NCBI GenBank assembly: GCA_047615875.1 | Contig: JBLHGU010000003.1 | Span: 8,476-72,475, forward strand | Length of the DNA: 64,000 nucleotides | Origin: Parasphingorhabdus sp. | GTDB taxonomy: Bacteria; Pseudomonadota; Gammaproteobacteria; Arenicellales; CAJQKF01 | Direction: 5' to 3' | Shown here: piece by piece, positions 53,666-62,863 of the stretch | Position numbering within the stretch: position 1 is the first letter of the stretch | How the letters are laid out: the number at the start of each line of letters is the position of its first letter | The notes under the pieces: generated by a model | What the model was told of the DNA's origin: nothing | Databases searched by the model: none | Seen by the model: the letters and a program-made list of their open reading frames with translations, nothing else | Program-made: the position numbers and the translations under genes

Positions 53666-55675
53666 CTACTCTGCCAACCCAGCATTACGAAGATTCTCTC
53701 TAAGATGCAGCGTATCCACACGATTTTTATAAGGAGCCAATTTAGGTTGTGTCCACTTAGCAATGGTTGCTCTCGGGTCGTGTTGTAAAAGGCGGTCTAC
53801 AGCCAGTTTTGCCATTTCAGTATTGCTAAATGCAGCGTGACTAGCCGATAGATAGAGACATAAAATCGGCGTATCAATTTTTCGTACGCTCGCGAATATG
53901 GTTAGAGCTTCCTCATATTTACGAGCATCGAATAAAACTTGTCCAAGCTGGACAAGATAATACTCGGGGTAATGTGGGTTAATTCGTATTGCCTGATAGA
54001 TTAGTTCAGCGCCCTGTTCAGCCTTTCCTGCATAGGCGAAGTAATAGCCCGCATCAGACAGCACATCGGCATCGTTGGGGTTGAGTTCAATAGTGCGATC
54101 GAATTCCGCTATACCCTGATCATGTTGAAATGCGTAAAAGTGACATGCCGCAAGTGACCAGTGAACCCAGGATTCCTCGTCTTCGACCTCCACGCCCTTG
54201 CTAGCTGCCGCCCGCCCCTTTGCTACCAATTCTTCGTAGTTATCTCCCCAGCATTCGATCGCATCGAGCAGATAAACCCACGCTAGCTTGGCATAAGCTT
54301 TGCCATAATTGGGATTCAGCCGAATGTCCTCTTCGAAGCAATCCTTTGAGCGGCGGTTGTCTTGTGGTGTAAAGTTATCCATAAAGTCGAGGCCGAGAAT
54401 AAAAGCATCAAAAGCCCTGGGGTTCTGCGGTCCGTTGCGTTGCCAGGCCTTATGCAGATGTCCACCGTAACTGGTTGCGAGGGATCCAACAATCAACTCT
54501 ACTACCTCGTCCTGAAGTGCGAATACATCATCCACTTGCCGTTGGTAACGTTCTGCCCACAGATGGCTGCCAGTGGAGCCGTCGATAAGCTGTACATTAA
54601 TTCTGACCACGTCTTTCGACTGTTGTACGCTACCTTCCAGAATGTAACGCGCACCCAGCTCACGGCTCACTGTCTGCACATTCATAGCCTTACCCTTGTA
54701 GACGAAACTGGAATAACTGGCGATAACAAACAAATCGCGAAACCGCGATAAGTTGTTGATGATGTCATTGGTTATGCCATCGGCCAAATAATCCTGCTCG
54801 GCATCACTGCTCATGGAGGTGAAAGGCAATACAGCAATAGAGGGCTTTTCCGGCAAAGTAGGGGAGGGCGTTCCTTCGGGCAATTCGGGAGTCTGGTTGG
54901 CCAGATTCGGAATCTCGGGTGGGGTATTTATTGGTGTTACATTAAAAGTTCCAACACGTATTGCAGAACGTAACTCTGTGGTTTCCTGCTCAGGCTCAAC
55001 CCCAAGCTCCTGTTTGAGAGTTTTGATACAACGGTTGTACGCCAAAAGAGCCTTATTACGTTCACCGCGTAAGGCATATGATTTCATTAATTGTTGCCAT
55101 ACTGACTCGTTAAACAGATCAAGGGTAGCCAGGCGTTCAGCGGTTTCAACTGCTTTAGCCACCTCGCCGGAATCCATCTGACGGGGTACCAAACTAGCCA
55201 GTGCCAGGATAGCTAGCTGGCGATAACGGTCGCGCTCGCCAGCTAGCCATTCTTCACCGATCGGATCTCGCACCACTACGCCTTCCAGAAATTCACCCTG
55301 ATATAAAGCTACAGTCTGGGTAGTAGAGGTAGGATTTATCTCCTTATTCAAACATTCCAGTTCAAGGGCGTCTACATCGATTGTGCCGGCGACTACAGAC
55401 ACCGCCATACGATCGATTGTAAGCAGTTGCGGCTCTACACCTGCCAACGACTTTCGAATCGCACTCAAAGTCTGTCGTAAAGAGTTTCGCGCCTGCTCGT
55501 CGCCACGAGCACTCCACAGCAAACCCGCCAGTCGTTCTCGTGATTGGGGTTGCCCAGGCGTCATGGCAAGATAAGTGAGCAATACTTCCGCCTTATGTGT
55601 CGGTAGCGACAAGATTTCACCGGACGCAAGCAATGCTTCAAATCTACCAAGAATGTTTAGTCTAAGAAGACTCAT
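53666..55675 (-). CDS. BTAD/SARP-type winged-helix regulator fused to COG5616/TolB-N-like + TPR sensor module
   Basis: The N-terminal ILGRFE...LLTYLA......R..LA.LLW....DEQARNSLRQTLS.IRK and YQGEFLEG......WL..ER.RY are SARP/BTAD-like. Then comes KPSIAVLPFTSMSSDAEQDYLADGITNDIINNLSR...RINVQLIDGSTGSHLWAERYQR, followed by TPR repeats. Confidence 0.82.
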   Translation of the reverse strand: MSLLRLNILGRFEALLASGEILSLPTHKAEVLLTYLAMTPGQPQSRERLAGLLWSARGDEQARNSLRQTLSAIRKSLAGVEPQLLTIDRMAVSVVAGTIDVDALELECLNKEINPTSTTQTVALYQGEFLEGVVVRDPIGEEWLAGERDRYRQLAILALASLVPRQMDSGEVAKAVETAERLATLDLFNESVWQQLMKSYALRGERNKALLAYNRCIKTLKQELGVEPEQETTELRSAIRVGTFNVTPINTPPEIPNLANQTPELPEGTPSPTLPEKPSIAVLPFTSMSSDAEQDYLADGITNDIINNLSRFRDLFVIASYSSFVYKGKAMNVQTVSRELGARYILEGSVQQSKDVVRINVQLIDGSTGSHLWAERYQRQVDDVFALQDEVVELIVGSLATSYGGHLHKAWQRNGPQNPRAFDAFILGLDFMDNFTPQDNRRSKDCFEEDIRLNPNYGKAYAKLAWVYLLDAIECWGDNYEELVAKGRAAASKGVEVEDEESWVHWSLAACHFYAFQHDQGIAEFDRTIELNPNDADVLSDAGYYFAYAGKAEQGAELIYQAIRINPHYPEYYLVQLGQVLFDARKYEEALTIFASVRKIDTPILCLYLSASHAAFSNTEMAKLAVDRLLQHDPRATIAKWTQPKLAPYKNRVDTLHLRENLRNAGLAE

Positions 55676-55742
55676 AAATTATTCTAATCTGATGCGCCGC
55701 ATTCGGCATCTCGTAAAGTGGGCGTAGATCCCAGTGCAAACT

Positions 55743-56699
55743 TTAGTCTGGTGTTGTAGGTAGATCCAAAATATTTTTCGCGATTTGCTCCAGATGAGTA
55801 TTCCAGGTTCCGCAGCATCCACCCCATATATCCATATGAGGATAACGTCGGGAAAGGTCACCACATTGCGCCCCAAGTTCTATTGGATCGCCCTCTTCAA
55901 GATGCCCAATTTTGCATAGGGCAATCTTTTCCATTTTTGAAGCATTGGGCCGAACTCCCCTAACCCTATTTATCCAGTCGCCTGATTCTATAGCGGGTTC
56001 ATACTCCAGGGGATGGGAACAGTTTATCAAATAGAACTGCGGTGCGAGATCTGTCTCGGCATCAATTGTGGTAATTGCTTTGGCAAGACTTGGCCCAGAG
56101 TTCAGTTTTGAAGTGCTATCTAGAGAAAGAGATATAGCGAGAGGCACGCCGATCTTTTTTGCCGCTCGCGCAACACCAATGGACTCTGGAACATTGTTAA
56201 AGGTCATTGCCAAAGCCAAATCAACATTGGCCGCTTTCAATGTGGTGAGTTGTACAGAATGATAATCTTCAGCTTCATTTTCAGTGATACCTAGATTTTT
56301 TTGGTAGGCATCGCCGCGTGGACCGATAAGCCCCTGAATTAGAATCTCCGGAATATCTGCAGCATATTCGCTAGCAACAGCCCTCAGAAAATCTATCGAT
56401 TTGAGATTGGCCTCCGACAAGTTCGCTGCAGAGTAACCCAGTAGTGTTCCCCAATCTGGGCTGGCGCGATAATCCAGGCCACCAATGAGCGCACACATTC
56501 CATACTTTGCGACTACATCCAGATAATTACGGTACATCCCTTGCAACTTAGAAACCGCTGGCGGGTTCTCGAGCAACGGAAACAGCGCAAACCCGGGTAA
56601 TTCAAACCCGTACTTGTACAAAATTTCGGTCTCAGACCCGCCCTCTGAGAGATAGAAACGTCCTTCTTTCTGGGTAGGAAAAAGTTTTTGATCGGCCAT
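55743..56699 (-). CDS. Homocysteine S-methyltransferase family protein
   Basis: 318 aa. TIM-barrel Hcy-binding family layout with the C-terminal Zn ligands ...INCSHP... and GGCCGT. Confidence 0.75.
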   Translation of the reverse strand: MADQKLFPTQKEGRFYLSEGGSETEILYKYGFELPGFALFPLLENPPAVSKLQGMYRNYLDVVAKYGMCALIGGLDYRASPDWGTLLGYSAANLSEANLKSIDFLRAVASEYAADIPEILIQGLIGPRGDAYQKNLGITENEAEDYHSVQLTTLKAANVDLALAMTFNNVPESIGVARAAKKIGVPLAISLSLDSTSKLNSGPSLAKAITTIDAETDLAPQFYLINCSHPLEYEPAIESGDWINRVRGVRPNASKMEKIALCKIGHLEEGDPIELGAQCGDLSRRYPHMDIWGGCCGTWNTHLEQIAKNILDLPTTPD

Positions 56700-56883
56700 G
56701 TTTACAATTTCGTATCTGAATTATATTTTCAGCAAAGTCTATAGATTAGATTCAGTGTTATCAAATGCACGGTGGGGTTACAGGAGCAAATGCTTTGCTA
56801 TACAGGTGTTTGTAATGTGATAACTTTGTATTTTCACGACGCTGGCTGGTAGTTCATTGGGAACTTATGCGATAAGTTCAAAG

Positions 56884-57378
56884 CTATTTTTCAATCGGAG
56901 CCAAACGAACAGGATCTCCGAGCGAGATGCGACCGGGTGTTAAGACACGCGCGGTAACTCCTCCATGACCGCGTACCGCGTTATACCCTCCTGCTCCTAA
57001 TATCTCTTCCATTCGGCTACACGGATGACACAATCCCGTAATTTCAATCTCAACGTCACCGATCATGACAGATTTATTCTTCAAGGCCAGCAGGTTAATA
57101 CCGCTGATGAGGAGGTTGCGCCGAAGGTCTTGCGGTAGAATTTCTTCTTTATCAATACAGCTTGCGATTACCGGTAAATGTTCGGCTTGAACAATTGTCA
57201 GATGGCGCTGCCCAGATCGGCCACCGTAGTGGTCGTCCAACAATCCCTCTTCAGGAGAGACTCGAGCTTGATCTACACTAATCACTTCTGCGCGACGAGC
57301 TGGTCGTAGACCAATCCAAACCAGTTTTCCCTGCTGGGGAATAGTATCCAGTAATTCTTGCAGAGTTGTTACTATCAT
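56884..57378 (-). CDS. MOSC domain-containing protein
   Basis: 164 aa. RNLL.SGINL......IGDV.IEITG.C.PCSRME fits the MOSC beta-barrel with its conserved Cys. Confidence 0.75.
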   Translation of the reverse strand: MIVTTLQELLDTIPQQGKLVWIGLRPARRAEVISVDQARVSPEEGLLDDHYGGRSGQRHLTIVQAEHLPVIASCIDKEEILPQDLRRNLLISGINLLALKNKSVMIGDVEIEITGLCHPCSRMEEILGAGGYNAVRGHGGVTARVLTPGRISLGDPVRLAPIEK

Positions 57379-57432
57379 GAGATCACCAATGCGCGAATGT
57401 AGATGTCTGGATCGATCAAGGTTTTATGACGA

Positions 57433-57924
57433 TTACACAATAGGGGTAGTTGTTTGAGCTTGTAGCGACTGAACTACGCTGTCAATGACTTGTTCGGCAT
57501 TGATGTGAAAGTCACTGAATATAACGTGATTATCTTGGTCGATCAGAATGAACCACGGTGTACCACCAGTTTGATAATCTTGCATGACTGTTGAATGATT
57601 GCCCGGTACTGCATCATGTCCAAACGGAAGATTAAGTTCGTAACGCAGTTGAGTTTCTCGCAGTCGTTCGAATGTATTTTTTTCGAACCCTTCAAATACG
57701 GTTTGAATAACCGCGAACCCAACTCCGAGTGGTTCGAGCGAAGTTACCAATCGCTGTAAGGTAGGGAAACCGACACTATGACAACCGGGGCACCAATGCT
57801 GAAAGCAATAGATAACCTTTAAGTTTGTACCTAGTTGATCAAGCGTCAGCGGCGTCATAGATTTACCCGCCCCATCTATCCATTGTGTGATGCGAAAATC
57901 CGGTGCCTGGTTGTTGTTAGTCAT
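57433..57924 (-). CDS. Thioredoxin-fold redoxin (TlpA/peroxiredoxin-like)
   Basis: The FQHWCPGCH CxxC motif sits in a thioredoxin-fold context. It lies 18 nt downstream of msrA on the same strand. Confidence 0.75.
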   Translation of the reverse strand: MTNNNQAPDFRITQWIDGAGKSMTPLTLDQLGTNLKVIYCFQHWCPGCHSVGFPTLQRLVTSLEPLGVGFAVIQTVFEGFEKNTFERLRETQLRYELNLPFGHDAVPGNHSTVMQDYQTGGTPWFILIDQDNHVIFSDFHINAEQVIDSVVQSLQAQTTTPIV

Positions 57925-57942
57925 CGAACTAGTAATTGGGAG

Positions 57943-58458
57943 CTATGAGGCTTTGCGATGCGGCAACTGCCAGCCTGGTCTTACGAAGTGACAAGTGTAT
58001 CCGGTAGGATAGTGTTCTAAGTAATCTTGATGTTCTGACTCTGCCACCCAGAATGGACCCGCAGGTGCAATCTCGGTTATCACCTTTCCCGGCCACAACT
58101 TCGATGCATCGACATCAGCTATAGCGTCCACTGCGATTTGGCGTTGGTCTTCGCTGGTGTAATAGATGCCGGAGCGGTAAGAGCTACCGAGGTCGTTGCC
58201 CTGGCGATTCGGCGTTGAAGGATCATGTATTTGAAAGAAGAACTCCAAAAGACTACGGTAGCTCAGCTTGTTTGGAATGAATTCAATTTCGATGGCTTCG
58301 GCATGAGTCCCATGATTCTGGTATGTGGCATTGGGCAGGTCACCGCCACTATAGCCAACCTGTGTGGAGACGACACCTGGCATCTTTCGAATCAAGTCCT
58401 GCATGCCCCAGAAACAACCACCAGCCAAAATGGCGCGTTCGTGCGTGGAATCAGTCAT
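57943..58458 (-). CDS. msrA: Peptide-methionine (S)-S-oxide reductase
   Basis: [13 protein letters not shown] is the catalytic GCFWG motif, followed by ...GYSGG...NPTY-like and ...HDPST.NRQGND.G..YRS. Confidence 0.92.
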   Translation of the reverse strand: MTDSTHERAILAGGCFWGMQDLIRKMPGVVSTQVGYSGGDLPNATYQNHGTHAEAIEIEFIPNKLSYRSLLEFFFQIHDPSTPNRQGNDLGSSYRSGIYYTSEDQRQIAVDAIADVDASKLWPGKVITEIAPAGPFWVAESEHQDYLEHYPTGYTCHFVRPGWQLPHRKAS

Positions 58459-58983
58459 AAAAACTCTCTCAGTTAGTGCGGCTGCGGGTCGCAGCAGTTA
58501 AGTGAGTAATAATAAGGATCGATTACGCCCAAATCAAGTTTTACCGCCAAAGGTTCGATAACGTCCATTGCTAAATTCTTTGCAATGATATCGTTCGTGA
58601 ACTTGGATTCACCTAACAGCTAACGCTAATCGATTTCATGTTGGTTTGTCGGTTAGAGTCACCCGATGCTTCCACCTTGGCGGCATTGGAGGTCAACATA
58701 CCATTGAGTTTCACACCACAAGCTGCACCATTTAGGGTGGATCGGGGTTTCGTACCGAGGCTAGGTACTTCTGGTGCTTGATAGCGTCGAATAATTTAAG
58801 CCACCGAGGCTTGTTTGATCGATCCGATCAAAATAACGATTAGGCAACTTGTGCCTACTTGAGAAATAAAAATAGCTGTATGCGTTTTCTGCGATGAATA
58901 GAGTTGCTAGGATCTACTGATTATATAAGCAGGGTACAGGCACGATCCCAATATCCGATCGCAGAAAACTTACAGATTCAGAC

Positions 58984-59106
58984 TTATGGAATATCGTCAC
59001 CTGTTGCGACTAGAGAAACCGCGTCGTTTACAGTGCTATAAATACCTGCGCTTGCAGAGATTGGAACTGCAAAAAGAAATACTAATAACAGAGCTATATT
59101 CTTCAC
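58984..59106 (-). CDS. Possible 40-aa secreted peptide (below the ORF-track size cut-off)
   Basis: The GTG at 59106 is preceded by GAGG 8 nt upstream. It translates to (M)KNIALLLVFLFAVPISASA|GIYSTVNDAVSLVATGDDIP, a textbook signal peptide with an A-x-A site. There is no other support. Confidence 0.3.
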   Translation of the reverse strand: MKNIALLLVFLFAVPISASAGIYSTVNDAVSLVATGDDIP

Positions 59107-59241
59107 GTTGGAAGCCTCGCCATTGTTGAGATTAGAGATGGTCGGCGGCACTGACATAGATAGGAAGACAGAGGTTCTCTGAAAATTGGGCTTCTTCGTT
59201 ATAGCCTTTTCATACGGGACATGTTTAGGCCAAGCGATTGG

Positions 59242-59721
59242 CTAATTACTTGGTTTTACATCGCCAGATGGATTCTCCTCAAAGTAATTCACAATATGAG
59301 GAATACTTTTTTCAAAGCCACCTGGTGTGTTGATAGATATAAAGCCGACGGTGTTATCACTTCTATTTTCAAAACAATGCTCAATTCCACCGGGGATATA
59401 AATGTACCAGCCTTTCTCTGACTCAAACCAGTTTTTACCCTGGAGATAAACCGCCAGACTTCCCTCTATCACGCAGAAAAGATGAGCTTCTGGGTGCTTG
59501 TGGATATACGGGCCTTCTGTGTTTCCTTCTAGCCACCATTCAGAAACAGATAAAGTAGAATCCGTTTCTTCTAGATCCGCTTTAAAGATTGCAGACATTC
59601 GGCCCATAGGATAAACGCGACCATCATCAGGTTTTAGCACCAGAGGCTTTAATTCTTTTTTTGGTTCATGTTCACCTCTAAGGTTGACGGTGGCGATGCA
59701 CTTTATGATTGATGCGCTCAC
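59242..59721 (-). CDS. Cupin-domain protein
   Basis: G.YIHKHPEAH.F.V.EG (motif 1) and YIPGGIEHCFEN (motif 2). It starts 12 nt after the upstream STAND-cyclase stop. Confidence 0.75.
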   Translation of the reverse strand: MSASIIKCIATVNLRGEHEPKKELKPLVLKPDDGRVYPMGRMSAIFKADLEETDSTLSVSEWWLEGNTEGPYIHKHPEAHLFCVIEGSLAVYLQGKNWFESEKGWYIYIPGGIEHCFENRSDNTVGFISINTPGGFEKSIPHIVNYFEENPSGDVKPSN

Positions 59722-59733
59722 ACTACTTTTAAC

Positions 59734-62524
59734 TCAGGTTAACTCGGTTAGTAGTTTGCCTGCTTCTTTCAAATCAGCGGTGTCGAATCCTTCGGTAAAC
59801 CAGTCATAAATAGGAGCCAGTAAATTGCGTGCATCGTCTCGCTTACCTTGATCGATCCAGACCTGAGCAAGATCAACGGCGGCACGTAACCCCAGGGAGC
59901 GAGACAGCTGGCTACGGGTTACTTCCAGTGCTTGAGTAAAACAGTCCTCAAACACTGAAGATTCCTCACCCATTCCACGAAGTGCTAGCCCTCTAAGTCG
60001 ATGGCCTTCGGCTTCCCACCAGCATTCGCCAGTACGTCTGACGTGTGCCAGAGATTCATTTGCGGCACTCAAAGCGCTCTCGAATTCACCAGCTTGGCTG
60101 TTACCGATGCTATCCAGTTTCCGCATTTGAGTCACCAGTTCTCCGGATTGCTCAAATTCGGCACGGAAAACTGAGAAATGCCACAGTCCGTGCAAAATCG
60201 AAAACAGATCAGGAGTATTAGCGATTCGCTGTGATAACTCATGAGTTCGATTGTACGCAGCAGCCACTTCCGAGATTCCCGCTCCTAGAGACTGAATTTC
60301 CGTACCCAGGGCGATCTGAAGTTTCATTTCTCTCTTGTCTCTCAGGTGGTCAGGGTGTGTCTCACTTAATAATTGCAACGCCTTACGAAAATGATTAATT
60401 GTCTCGAGAACAGCATGCCGACTGGCCGCACGGGTACCGGCGTCTGACCATAAAGGAATGGCTTCCTTCGTCATCCCGGCTTTGGTGTAATGATGAGCCA
60501 GCATTTCGGGTTCAGCTTCAGTTCGTTCGGGAAAATTGTCGTCGAGAGCCCGAGCAATATTGCCGTGCAACGTTTGGCGCTTGGCTTTCAGCAAGCTTCC
60601 ATAGGCAGCATCTTGCAGCAGGGCATGTTTGAATATAAATCGACCCTCTTCCAGTTGACCGCGTCGGTATATTAGCTCCGCATCGAATAGTTGATTGAGT
60701 GCGGCGTCGAGCTCATTGGAACCGAGAGGTGAAACCAACGCCAGCAGGTTACGATCAAATTCACGCCCCAACATGGCAGCCGTTTGGGCAACCTCCTTAA
60801 CTGCTCCTAGCCGATCGAGCCGGGCCATAAGTGAGTCATGTAAAGTTGTTGGGATTGTGATTGTTAGTGCATCGCCATCCGTCAGCGTTGATTCCAGAAT
60901 AGTTTTTGTAAGTTCTTCGATAAAAATAGGCACGCCATCGGTCTTCTCGATGATTTGTAGGCGCACCTCGTCAGGCAATTGCGCACCATCGCTTACTCTC
61001 TCGACGAGTGCCGAGGCCAGGCGACGTGTAAATCGGTTAAGCGTCAGTGATGTAACATGAGTGAAGCCCCTCCAGGGTGGAGAGAACTCGGGTCGGAAGG
61101 TGAGCACTACGAGGATCGGTACACTATGCATCGATTCAATCATGTGCCCCAACATCTCTAACATCGTGGGGTCCGCCCAATGAATGTCCTCGAACAGACA
61201 TATCACTGGACTACGGCGAGATAAGTCTTTGATATGGCCAACCAATGCTTCAAGAGTCCGCTGCTTCTGGCGCTCCGCGGTCATCTCAAGTGGCTGATAG
61301 TGTCCTTGCACATGGACAGACAAGAGCGCGGCATAGAGTGGAGCCAGATCGCTTGCATCGGTGATTTCCTGGCCGAGCAGCGCCTCGAGTTTTTCTAGCT
61401 TGATCTCGTTCGAATCATCTAATTCGAATTTGGCCATTCGTTCGAGTCTTTCGATAACCGGATGTAAGGCTGTATTGGAATAGTACGGCGAGCGCTGATA
61501 GAGGAGTTCGACAGCTTCATCTTCGGCAGCTTGTTGCAAGATGGTTTCCGCAATACGTGATTTTCCGATACCCGCTTCTCCGCTGAGAAGCACTACCTGT
61601 TCATCGCCTTCCTTAGCTTGTTGCCAGCGCTCGAGCAGCAAGCCGATTTCCTGCTCTCGACCAACCAAGGGCGTGAGTCCGGATTTTCGATTGGCATCAA
61701 ACCGGCTCTCCACGTTGATGGGTTCTATTACTCGCCATGATGCTAGTGGTTCGCTGATGCCTTTTATTAATCGGGCGCCAGCGTCCTTATAACTGAATTT
61801 CTTATTCGTCAGCGCGTGAGTAACAGAGCCGACAACAACCGTATTGGTTTCTGCCAACCCTTGAAGCTTCGCCGCAAGATTTGGGGTTTCACCCACCACA
61901 GCACTCTCTTGAGATGCACCTTCCCCAATTAGGTCACCGACTACCACCGAACCGGTAGCAATACCAACGCGTACGCCAAGTTCGATTCCGTGCTTTTCGG
62001 TTTTGAGGGCGCGCACTAAATCGACAACAAGGAGCCCCGCATGGATTGCTCTTTCGGGATCATCCTCGTGTGCCTGTGGGTATCCGAAGTAGGCGAGCGT
62101 GCATCACCCATGTATCGGGCGACATAGCCCTCGTAACGCTCTATGGCGGCCTTGCAGGTATCCTGGTAGGCGCGGTTGATCTCCCGCAGATCTTCGGGAT
62201 CGAGCCGCTGAGATAATTCTGTTGAACCCACCAGGTCGCAGAACATCACCGTAAGTTGCCGGCGTTCTGCATCTATTGATTTGTGAACGGATTCTGCGGG
62301 GAATTGCGGGCTGGCACGTCTTTTTGTATCGTTTCTGGACCAGCTCCCATTAAGCTTAGAAAACGCCTACGTGGTCCAATCGGAAGACCCATTTCTCTAA
62401 GGTCTTGATTAGTGAGCAAGGGAAGTTCAGCAACACCAATTTCGTTCTCTTCGAATGCGCCTAGATATTTACCGAGTCCATGCTCTTCCAACCATTTTTT
62501 AATGTCTTCAGACATCCGTATCAT
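59734..62524 (-). pseudogene. SAM domain - class III cyclase - STAND (AAA_16-type) NTPase - TPR signalling protein, broken by two frameshifts
   Basis: There are three collinear ORFs. 62273..62578 holds the SAM domain: [48 protein letters not shown]. 62016..62249 holds the cyclase start: (ERRQLTV)MFCDLVGST...YMGD. 59734..62016 holds ([14 protein letters not shown] in the shifted frame)...VRVGIATGSVVVGD, the Walker A VVLLSGEAGIGKSR, and a TPR-like tail. Confidence 0.8.
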
Positions 62525-62863
62525 GTCCCCTGCGCGTGCTACAGCCAGGCTGCCCAGGGACAACCATTTTATCGGCACCGGGAAGTACTGGGTTTACAAC
62601 AGTCAGTTTGGAATTCAACGACTTAATTCCCCGGTTCGGTGGATTTTGAGCGTTCAGGAACTGCATCCTCAATCCAAAAATAGATACAGGTGATTAGTCG
62701 TGCTCGGCTGGCCACATAACGTTTAATACCAGAGGCGCGACTATGCCGCAGCATTGGCCGCATCTGACAGCATTTTTCTGTAGCGTGGTAATGCTACATT
62801 GCTAAAGTACAATTTCGAGTGGGCGAAGCAGTGCCTGGCCGGCGGGTCGCGTGCCTATTGTGT

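Noticed and set aside
44673-59733. Chromosomal integron cassette array. The region has many small, unrelated, mostly co-directional accessory ORFs (GNAT, cupin, DJ-1, NIPSNAP and others).
   Set aside because: I read the intergenic spacers and found no recurring attC-like imperfect inverted repeats (RYYYAAC...GTTRRRY) and no intI gene. The block also contains 2-kb multidomain genes and mixed orientations.
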